Positions 36,034 through 43,589 of a stretch of DNA of 48,712 bases are shown one piece after another (positions within the stretch are counted from its first letter, which is position 1; every line of letters starts with the position of its first letter). The stretch lies in UHGV virus genome UHGV-1370921; one strand, 5' to 3'. The translations under genes and the position numbers were made by a program. Under the pieces are notes generated by a model that had not been told where the DNA came from, searched no databases, and saw only the letters and a list, made by a program, of their open reading frames with translations. This DNA comes from a virus.

Positions 36034-36210
36034 AATACTCTTGATGCAACGGTAACCAAAGTGGAAGAACCGATGTGGGATGAAGAATATCAAACATACC
36101 GCGTCAAGATTGAATACAACTGCTGGGGAAGTGTTTCAAATACAGAAAGATGGTTCAAAGACCGAAATGAAGCCTACGCTTTAAAAGCAGGTGACACCAT
36201 TATCGTTTAG
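36030..36210 (+). CDS. small hypothetical protein (59 aa)
   Basis: ATGA overlap. Ends at a terminator. Confidence 0.3.
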
Positions 36211-36233
36211 CCCCTTAATTGGGGCTTTTCTTA
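36209..36233 (+). terminator. rho-independent terminator
   Basis: AGCCCCttaattGGGGCT followed by TTTTCTT. Confidence 0.55.
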
Positions 36234-36248
36234 CGGAGAGGAACAGAG

Positions 36249-36440
36249 ATGCAAAACGTATACCTAGTGATTCGTCATCCGCAAAACTACCGTTACTTAG
36301 GTATAGTGCAGATTTCTCGGTTTTATGAAATTGTGAAATCTGTAAAATCGAGAAAAGAAGCAAAAGAATTTTGCGATAACAAAAATAAAAACTCAAATAC
36401 CGAATACCATTACGCGGTAAAAATTCTGAGGGTCGAATAA
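36249..36440 (+). CDS. small basic hypothetical protein
   Basis: 63 aa. RBS GGAGAGGAACAGAG. Immediately precedes the polymerase gene. Confidence 0.35.
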   Translation: MQNVYLVIRHPQNYRYLGIVQISRFYEIVKSVKSRKEAKEFCDNKNKNSNTEYHYAVKILRVE

Positions 36441-37963
36441 TGCACTATTTATCAAAATGCGAGGATGCAACCTGCGGCAAAAATTATCCCGCTGACCTCC
36501 ACAATTGCCCTCACTGTGGGGCCGATTCGGCATTCTCCAGTGTTGCGCCACTGGACCCGCGGGACTGGGGATACGATTTGGAGACATACAAGAACATCTT
36601 CACCGCCTCATTTATTCACGCTGCGACGGGTATGGAGTTAGTCTTTGAAATCAGTGACCGCAAAAACGAGCAGCTGCAATTAATCGAATTTGTGTTCAAC
36701 CTGGGACGTAGTAAGGCCCGTGGGATTGGATTTAATAACCTGGCATTCGACTATCCGGTGCTGCACTACGTGGTCAATGCACCGGGTTGTACACTGGAAC
36801 AGATTTACGCAAAAGCGCAATCACAGATTAAGCCCGAAGGTCAGTGGCCAGAAATTATATGGGACCGCGATCAGATTTTCGAGCAGATTGACCTGTACAA
36901 GATAAACCACTTCGATAATAAAGCCCGACGCACTAGTCTGAAGGCGTTGGAAGTGGGTATGCAGTCCCCTAACGTAAAAGACCTACCATTCCCGGTCGGA
37001 ATGATGCTGGACGATACACAGAAAGACATTCTCATCGCATACAACAAGCACGATGTTCGTGAAACACTTAAATTCTTTGTACGTTCACTCGACAAAATTC
37101 ATTTCCGCGAGGAACTGACAAAGCAATACGGTCGTAACTTTATGAACCACGCCGACACTAAAATCGGCAAAGATATATTTGTTCACGAACTGGAGAAGGC
37201 TGGGGTGGATTGCTCAGGGGTAACTATTCGTGAACGTATTGCGCTCGCAGATTGCATACCTCCTTATATCAAATTCGAACGACCGGAGTTCAATCAAATT
37301 CTGGAACGTATTCGTGGGGTTGTACTCACGAAGAAACAGCAGGACGAATTACTGACCACAAAAGGTGTATTTAGTGATATGACCGTCACAGTCGATGGTG
37401 TCGAATATTCGTTCGGATTGGGAGGTATTCACAGTAGTATTCCAAACTACATTGTGCATTCTACCCAAACACACAATTTACAAAACAAAGACTGTACAAG
37501 CATGTATCCATCTATTAGTATAAAGAATAGATACTATCCGGAACACCTTAGTGAAACTTTTTGCGACGTATATGAACAACTGTTCATTCGTCGTCGTGAT
37601 GCAAAACGAGCGGGAGATAAAACGGTCGATGCAGCATTGAAACTTGCTCTCAATGGAACATTTGGAAACATGGGAAGTAAATTCAGCCCATTTTGTGACC
37701 ATAAGTGCCTCCTGAGTATTACCATTACGGGTCAACTCTGTTTGGCAATGTTGGTGGACCAACTCATAACTCGCGTACCCGGATTAATAGTACCGCAAAC
37801 TAATACTGACGGACTCGTCATTTTTTATGAAAACAAATATGAAAATTTGGTGGAATCCATATGTCAGTCTTGGGAAAAAACAACAATGTTGAATCTGGAG
37901 ACTGACATTGTGAAATCTCTCTATCAGCGAGATGTGAATAATTACATAATGGTAATAGAATGA
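36440..37963 (+). CDS. family-B DNA polymerase, N-terminal fragment (3'-5' exonuclease + palm motifs A/B/C)
   Basis: Exo I WGYDLETY, Exo II GFNNLAFDYPVL, Exo III YNKHDVRETL. Pol motif A DCTSMYPSI, motif B KLALNGTFGNMG, motif C-like QTNTDGLVI. The ORF stops about 50 aa after motif C, with a TGA overlapping the HEG4 ATG. Confidence 0.6.
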   Translation: MHYLSKCEDATCGKNYPADLHNCPHCGADSAFSSVAPLDPRDWGYDLETYKNIFTASFIHAATGMELVFEISDRKNEQLQLIEFVFNLGRSKARGIGFNNLAFDYPVLHYVVNAPGCTLEQIYAKAQSQIKPEGQWPEIIWDRDQIFEQIDLYKINHFDNKARRTSLKALEVGMQSPNVKDLPFPVGMMLDDTQKDILIAYNKHDVRETLKFFVRSLDKIHFREELTKQYGRNFMNHADTKIGKDIFVHELEKAGVDCSGVTIRERIALADCIPPYIKFERPEFNQILERIRGVVLTKKQQDELLTTKGVFSDMTVTVDGVEYSFGLGGIHSSIPNYIVHSTQTHNLQNKDCTSMYPSISIKNRYYPEHLSETFCDVYEQLFIRRRDAKRAGDKTVDAALKLALNGTFGNMGSKFSPFCDHKCLLSITITGQLCLAMLVDQLITRVPGLIVPQTNTDGLVIFYENKYENLVESICQSWEKTTMLNLETDIVKSLYQRDVNNYIMVIE

Positions 37964-38850
37964 GAAGATTGAACACTGAAGAATGGATCGAGAAAGCCCG
38001 CGCAGTACATGGAGATGAGTATGATTATTCGAAGGTTGAGTATCGTACTTCAAAACATAAAGTGACCATCGTTTGTCGATTACATGGGGATTTCCGACAA
38101 GAACCCACATCTCACTGTTCTGGTTCCGGCTGCCCAGTTTGTGGTGGGACAAAAAAATCCAGCACAGAAGAATGGATTGAGAAAGCCCACGCAGTACATG
38201 GAGATAAGTATGATTATTCGAAGGTCGAGTATAAAAAACGACATTCAGAAATAATAATCATTTGTCGAGAGCATGGGGAATTCCTCCAATTAGCCGGTAA
38301 TCATCTGAAAGGTCACGGATGTGCGAAATGCGCGGGAGGTCCCGGAAAAGGACGGCTTCCTCTTTATAACACAGAAGAATGGATTGAGAAAGCCCGCGCA
38401 GTACATGGAGATAAGTATGATTATTCGGAATCTCAATATAAAGGTAATCATCATAAAATAAAGATAATTTGCCCTGTTCATGGTAGTTTTGAAAAATTGG
38501 CTATAGATCACGTATCCGGTGGACAAGGATGTCAAGACTGTTCTAAGAGTGGATTTAAACGTAACCAGATGGCTTCCCTTTATGTACTTGCTTCCGAAGG
38601 TGGGGAATATATGAAGGTCGGTATCAGCAATAATTATAAATATCGCTTGAGGAAATTGAAAAGAAGTACGCCATTTGATTTTCACTTACTCCGAGTTTTA
38701 TCTGGCATAGGTGGAAAAATGGAATTTATCGAAAAATTAACCCATTCTTCTTTCGTTAATGCTGGACTATCTGGTTTTGATGGTTGTACCGAATGGTTGA
38801 AATGGGACAATCGAATTTTAGAAATGCTGGAGGCAACCCGTGAAAATTAA
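37960..38850 (+). CDS. homing endonuclease, T5orf172/GIY-YIG-like with three near-identical tandem Zn-ribbon repeats (HEG4)
   Basis: C-terminus LYVLASEGGEYMKVGISNNYKYRLRKLKRSTPFDFHLL...[11 protein letters not shown]. Three 192-198-bp tandem DNA repeats begin at 37975, 38167 and 38365, each encoding TEEWIEKA(R/H)AVHGD(E/K)YDYS. Confidence 0.7.
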   Translation: MRRLNTEEWIEKARAVHGDEYDYSKVEYRTSKHKVTIVCRLHGDFRQEPTSHCSGSGCPVCGGTKKSSTEEWIEKAHAVHGDKYDYSKVEYKKRHSEIIIICREHGEFLQLAGNHLKGHGCAKCAGGPGKGRLPLYNTEEWIEKARAVHGDKYDYSESQYKGNHHKIKIICPVHGSFEKLAIDHVSGGQGCQDCSKSGFKRNQMASLYVLASEGGEYMKVGISNNYKYRLRKLKRSTPFDFHLLRVLSGIGGKMEFIEKLTHSSFVNAGLSGFDGCTEWLKWDNRILEMLEATREN

Positions 38851-39424
38851 AAGAAAAGGGTGTTACGAGTACAAATACCAGTGGCATCAAGACCCATCGG
38901 CGATGATTGTTGCCCGCGCCGCCGAAGCCGCCCTCGTACACGGTGAGGACATCCGCACGTTCATCACGCAGCACCGTGACCCGTTCGACTTCATGCTGCG
39001 CGCTAAAGTACCGCGTTCTGCACGCCTGGTGATGCGCTGGCCGGAGTGGGGCGCTGAACAGGAGATGCAGAATACCACACGTGTGTTTATCTCGCGTAAT
39101 GGTGGGTCACTGGTCAAGCTGTTACCACCAACCGGCACACCCGGTACATGGAAGCGTAAGAACGGTGTCAAAGACGATGTGTATAATGCTGTAATACGTG
39201 AGATTACTGGTCAACCGGGAGACCTCGACAGCATCGGTACACCGTGGGACGAGCGCATCCACACGAAGAGTCGCAGCAAGCATGATGCAGTGCGTGAAAC
39301 CGGGATGTATGTAGGATGGAAGGTGACAGAGTGTGCCGACGCTAAGGACTTCGACTGGGGCAGTCTGGACTATGAGTATTATGTGAAAGAAGCGGAAAAG
39401 TTAGTTCTACCGTTATTGGGGTAA
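38840..39424 (+). CDS. possible C-terminal (thumb) fragment of the split family-B DNA polymerase
   Basis: GTG start with GGAGG RBS 6 nt upstream. Begins MKIKRKGCYEYKY. Contains DSIGTPWDERIHTKSR, shared with ORF 31968-32885. Assignment as a polymerase remnant is positional. Confidence 0.3.
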   Translation: MKIKRKGCYEYKYQWHQDPSAMIVARAAEAALVHGEDIRTFITQHRDPFDFMLRAKVPRSARLVMRWPEWGAEQEMQNTTRVFISRNGGSLVKLLPPTGTPGTWKRKNGVKDDVYNAVIREITGQPGDLDSIGTPWDERIHTKSRSKHDAVRETGMYVGWKVTECADAKDFDWGSLDYEYYVKEAEKLVLPLLG

Positions 39425-39431
39425 CAAACTA

Positions 39432-39451
39432 CCGGCGCGTCACTGCGCCGG
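39432..39451. terminator. hairpin between convergent genes (weak terminator)
   Basis: CCGGCGCgtcactGCGCCGG. Overlaps the stop of the minus-strand gene 39440-39751. Confidence 0.3.
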
Positions 39452-39751
39452 ATTCGATACACGCCGACGCAATTCATCAAGTTCAAGTCGTACTCGTTCA
39501 GCCTCCAGACGAGCAATAATTTCCTTCTCCTTACGCTCGGCGGACTCATTACGAATTCGCCGTATGTGACCGTAAATCATAATGATGGTCAACAGAATAC
39601 CACATAAGGTAGCAAAGATACCGATGGTTTCCGGAGTGATACCGTACTTAGTCATCAACCCCGTTATCGTCGTCCCGCTTGCTACCAGTGTTCCTGCTTG
39701 TGTGTTTCCAGTGAAGCTCATAGTATTTTCTCGCTTTGATGTACCACTCAA
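39440..39751 (-). CDS. pinholin-like lysis protein
   Basis: A weak Gly/Thr-rich TMD1 (AGTLVASGTTITGLM), a strong TMD2 (IGIFATLCGILLTIIMIYGHI) and a charged C-terminal tail. Adjacent to a SAR endolysin. Confidence 0.4.
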   Translation of the reverse strand: MSGTSKRENTMSFTGNTQAGTLVASGTTITGLMTKYGITPETIGIFATLCGILLTIIMIYGHIRRIRNESAERKEKEIIARLEAERVRLELDELRRRVSNPAQ

Positions 39752-40158
39752 CGACCTGCACCAGCATAAGGATGATGACCAGAGTCGTCGATATGAACCG
39801 CAATACCTCCAGCATCGACACTATCCTTTTTCAGTACCGTGAGGATTGCCGCGCAGTATAACATCACGAACATTGCCACATAGACATCAAGTGGTTGATA
39901 GAAAAACCACAGAAGCCAACCTATCAGATTAATCGACATAGAAACAATGCTAATAAGCATCATATCGAGAGACTTTCGGGATGTTCCGAACCGGTAGAGA
40001 ATGCCGGCTACGATGAAATCACAAAATGCGGCGAGGAAAAAATAAATAGAACCGTCCAGATTACCACATAACTCATGGAAAATAGTCGTCGTCACCACGA
40101 AGAGAAACGAGGCTCTCCGGGGTCTGACGATTACTGAGGTAATCAGGAAGGTATACAT
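39748..40158 (-). CDS. multi-pass membrane protein (holin/antiholin candidate)
   Basis: 136 aa with 3-4 predicted TM helices. Lies divergently to the endolysin. Confidence 0.35.
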   Translation of the reverse strand: MYTFLITSVIVRPRRASFLFVVTTTIFHELCGNLDGSIYFFLAAFCDFIVAGILYRFGTSRKSLDMMLISIVSMSINLIGWLLWFFYQPLDVYVAMFVMLYCAAILTVLKKDSVDAGGIAVHIDDSGHHPYAGAGR

Positions 40159-40272
40159 TGTTTATTTGGTCCGACGTTTTACTTCGGCACCAGTTTTACC
40201 TGCTTTAGTCTTGTACATTTTATCGCCCTTGTATGTTAGGATTAAGCCTAATTGTACAGCAGGTGTAACAAA

Positions 40273-40824
40273 ATGAAAAATCCTTTAAGTAAACAGATGA
40301 CCGCCCTTCTCACCGCATTTGCGATGGGCGGTACGGGCACTGTGGTAGTCACACAGACGGACATCCTCAACCAGTTCCTGAACGAGAAGGAAGGTAACCG
40401 CACCACTGCGTACCGGGACGGTAAAGGTATCTGGACCATCTGTCGCGGTATTACCCGTATAGATGGAAAACCGGTGACAAAGGGTATGCAGCTTACCGAA
40501 AAGCAATGTGACCTTCTGAACGATAAGGAAGCGCAGAAGTCACTCGAATGGGTACGTGAGAATATTCCGGTAAAACTGAACCCGGTGCAACAGGTCGGTA
40601 TTGCATCGTTCTGCCCGTACAACATTGGACCTACTAAATGTAAGGGGTCAACATTCTTTAAGTTGCTGCAAAAAGGCGACTGGAAGAATGCGTGCAAACA
40701 GATTCCACGTTGGGTTTTTGATGGCGGTAAAGACTGCCGCATCAAAAGCAACAACTGTTCCGGACAACCAATTCGCCGGGAGCAGGAAGAGTATTTGTGC
40801 CTGTATACACTGGGGGAGAAATGA
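40273..40824 (+). CDS. SAR endolysin (T4-lysozyme-like glycoside hydrolase)
   Basis: N-terminal MKNPLSKQMTALLTAFAMGGTGTVVV is a Gly/Ala-rich signal-anchor-release segment. The catalytic region EKEGNRTTAYRDGKGIWTICRGIT has the E-D-T triad pattern. AGGTG RBS. Confidence 0.8.
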   Translation: MKNPLSKQMTALLTAFAMGGTGTVVVTQTDILNQFLNEKEGNRTTAYRDGKGIWTICRGITRIDGKPVTKGMQLTEKQCDLLNDKEAQKSLEWVRENIPVKLNPVQQVGIASFCPYNIGPTKCKGSTFFKLLQKGDWKNACKQIPRWVFDGGKDCRIKSNNCSGQPIRREQEEYLCLYTLGEK

Positions 40825-41147
40825 TGCGCAACGTGATGCTCGCCGGGGTAATCGGTAGCATAATGGTTGGGGTGTACGCTATGGGTTATTTTTCGGGTAA
40901 AAATGCGGTCAAGCTGGACGATTTCAAGGAATATAAGACAGCCGTCGAAGCCCGTGACGTGCTGCAGGAAAAACTCAATGCTTCCGATGTGGAATTGCAG
41001 AAAAAGCAACAGGAACTGAAAGAAGCACGTTCCAAAAAAGTCGTTGAAAAAGTCATCGTCTACCGTGACCGAATCAAAGACTCCGCCACCGCTCAGTGTG
41101 TCAAAGATAGCGGTATCCTCGACCTGTATGATGCGACCGTAAAATGA
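40821..41147 (+). CDS. i-spanin (Rz-like)
   Basis: ATGA overlap with the endolysin stop. N-terminal TM (VMLAGVIGSIMVGVYAMGYF), coiled coil, and a C-terminal Cys. Confidence 0.6.
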   Translation: MMRNVMLAGVIGSIMVGVYAMGYFSGKNAVKLDDFKEYKTAVEARDVLQEKLNASDVELQKKQQELKEARSKKVVEKVIVYRDRIKDSATAQCVKDSGILDLYDATVK

Positions 41148-41380
41148 AAAAACTTATCCTGCTGATATCTGTACTTGCTTTAACCGCGTGTGCTCAGGAA
41201 GTGCGTAAATGCCCGCCGCCATCTAACGACCTGCTTACACCGAGTGGTGAACTGTGGACAACTGACGGTGACCCCGAAAAGGCCGCTACGGTAATTCCAC
41301 ATAACGGGGAAGTTCTGATGTCCGACCGGGACAGAGTGTCCCGGTGGCAAAACTGGTGGGAAGGTTGTAAAACCTTATGA
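41144..41380 (+). CDS. o-spanin (Rz1-like lipoprotein, separate gene)
   Basis: ATGA overlap. Lipobox LALTAC|AQ. Pro-rich mature region with a C-terminal Cys. Confidence 0.65.
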   Translation: MKKLILLISVLALTACAQEVRKCPPPSNDLLTPSGELWTTDGDPEKAATVIPHNGEVLMSDRDRVSRWQNWWEGCKTL

Positions 41381-42244
41381 GTATTCCCACACGATAACCA
41401 GACCGTTACCACCACTGCCGCCGGTCTGTGCTGTACCACCGCCGCTGGAAATGGCACCCGTACCACCTGAACCAAACGTACCTGCTACACCTGCACCGGT
41501 ACTCCCAGATGGAGGAATACCTGTTGCTGAGAAATAGGACGCACCACCTTCACCACCAATCAGGTTGCCCGATGTGGTCAGAACTGTAGAGCCACCATTA
41601 CCACCACGGAGATTAACCGAACCATTAGTACCAATGCCCCCCGCACCACCAACAAATTGACGAATGGTGTTGTCTGGGAAAGCAGTGGCCCCACTACTAC
41701 CACCACTTCCACCTAAACCAATGACTGTTCCAAAGCTGGATTGACCACCGCTCGACGCTGCCGACCCACCATTACCAACTACAACTGTTTGGCTGGCGGG
41801 AATGGTTGTAAGATACCCCAGAGCGTAACCACCTGCTCCACCACCCGAACCAGCCGACATTGTACCTGAGGATGTGGTAACAGTCGACCCGCCACCGCCG
41901 CCCGCACCTTGTACTTCGACAATGATTAGTTTGGTGTTGGATTGTGGGACAAAAAGGCCACTACTTGTGAAAACGGTTCGCTTAATCAATCGTCCCGGTG
42001 TTGCTGCCATTAATGCATCATACAACTGACTAGCCGACCCCGTGTCAATTACACCGTTAGGTGTGACACCCGCCACGTTGAGAATACGTGCAAAAAAACC
42101 ATCCCAATCATTAGCCCAGTCTGCTTCAAAGTAAGAACCATCTTCCGCCGTCGGTGATGTGCGGTTCTTAAATGCGCCCTGTGGTTGCTCCGTCGTGGGA
42201 TTTTCAAACCGCCCTGGATAACGGTTGCTACGGTCTAAAGCCAT
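41375..42244 (-). CDS. tail fibre protein with Gly-rich C-terminal domain
   Basis: 289 aa. The C-terminal half is dominated by GGxGG runs, typical of phage tail fibre distal domains. Confidence 0.5.
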   Translation of the reverse strand: MALDRSNRYPGRFENPTTEQPQGAFKNRTSPTAEDGSYFEADWANDWDGFFARILNVAGVTPNGVIDTGSASQLYDALMAATPGRLIKRTVFTSSGLFVPQSNTKLIIVEVQGAGGGGGSTVTTSSGTMSAGSGGGAGGYALGYLTTIPASQTVVVGNGGSAASSGGQSSFGTVIGLGGSGGSSGATAFPDNTIRQFVGGAGGIGTNGSVNLRGGNGGSTVLTTSGNLIGGEGGASYFSATGIPPSGSTGAGVAGTFGSGGTGAISSGGGTAQTGGSGGNGLVIVWEYS

Positions 42245-42247
42245 TGT

Positions 42248-42961
42248 TCAAACTCCTATAAATCCGGTCGCTTGCGCCAGTGAGTCACCAAACTGAGTCG
42301 ATGAGTCACCTGCCTGTACGTAATCGTAAGCCTCAAGGAAACCATTGAATCTTACACCCTGTGGCTTCGGAACGAAAGAGGCATTGAGAAGTGCCCATCG
42401 TTCGAGGTCTGTGATTTGCCCGTAGAATTCCACGGAGAAACTCATATCCTCGCCGTCAACCAGACGGGTGACCTGTGCGTTAGGCAACAGGAAGTTCAAC
42501 CCACTGATAATATCTTCAATGGTTGAGTATGAATTATTTTTTAAAATCTTAGATTTAATTGCCAGACGATACAAGTTGTCCGACATCAACATTGACTGGT
42601 CAACGGATGGCGCACTACACATTGCTGAAGTATCACCAAATTCAGCCGGACCATTGACATCGCTGGCGCACATCGCTGTTTCCATCGTGACTTCACCCAT
42701 GAAGTCACGGGGTATCACTACAATACGACCAATAACGTCGAGTTGTTCACCTTGTGCGTAATCAATCGAATACATGATGCGCACAGCTGTGGCCACGTCT
42801 GCAATCTGTGCGGCCAGTCTACGTGTGATGTTATACCACGCGACAGCCTTTGGCTTGTTACGATACTGAGCATAGATGCGATTTGGAGCATCTGACTCAT
42901 TTGCGACGTAGCCGCTGACAATTGTCAGCGGTACGAAGTAGGGAGCGGGGAAGAAGTTCAT
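42248..42961 (-). CDS. baseplate/tail-fibre associated protein
   Basis: 237-aa ORF between the tailspike-region genes and the fibre. Confidence 0.35.
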   Translation of the reverse strand: MNFFPAPYFVPLTIVSGYVANESDAPNRIYAQYRNKPKAVAWYNITRRLAAQIADVATAVRIMYSIDYAQGEQLDVIGRIVVIPRDFMGEVTMETAMCASDVNGPAEFGDTSAMCSAPSVDQSMLMSDNLYRLAIKSKILKNNSYSTIEDIISGLNFLLPNAQVTRLVDGEDMSFSVEFYGQITDLERWALLNASFVPKPQGVRFNGFLEAYDYVQAGDSSTQFGDSLAQATGFIGV

Positions 42962-43283
42962 CAGTATTCACATGATTTCACGGGGGCTACATCGATGATA
43001 CTCCATGAAATCATCGACAGTCAAATTAATGGTTGCCGCAGAGTGTTAACTCCGGTTGAAATATACATACGGATGGCCGAAATTGGTGGTGTTATTATTA
43101 ACGCCCGAAACCATGGCGACAGCGTTGTATCGGCTGGCTTTGTTCGGGATCTTCTGCTACCTCGGCGTAGGCCGAGGTAGCTTGATGCGTATCTCTTCAT
43201 TCTTCATAAAATGAGTTTTGGCTCACGACGCCAGGCATACAGTATTCAGAAGGAAGCCCCGCATTGACGGGGCTTAACATGTC

Positions 43284-43589
43284 TTACTGAGCAACCCCGG
43301 GGAGGGTCACCCCCTTATCAACAAGGTACTGAGCCAGTCCACTACTGTCCCCATCATACTCGGAAATCAATTTTTGGATTTTGCTCTCATTCGTTTCGAC
43401 CGTGAACTGAACCAGTTCATCAGCGCGAACCTTGATACAGTAGCCATTGTTAGCATTCTCAATAACACAGAAGCCACTTTCTGACCATCTTACAATCGAC
43501 TTTTCGGATGAATAACTGACAATATCTCCTACTTCGATAGGAGATTGTCCATCCCACAATTTTACGTCTGCCATTCTCAAATGCCTCAT
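43284..43589 (-). CDS. small protein translationally coupled to the tailspike
   Basis: ATG at 43587-43589 overlaps the tailspike TGA (ATGA). About 101 aa. Confidence 0.35.
   Translation of the reverse strand: MRHLRMADVKLWDGQSPIEVGDIVSYSSEKSIVRWSESGFCVIENANNGYCIKVRADELVQFTVETNESKIQKLISEYDGDSSGLAQYLVDKGVTLPGVAQ

Noticed and set aside
40248-41009. 253-aa minus-strand ORF covering the endolysin and i-spanin region
   Set aside because: It is antisense to the strongly supported SAR endolysin and spanin genes. Its sequence is low-complexity (Ser/Phe/Cys-rich) with no start context.
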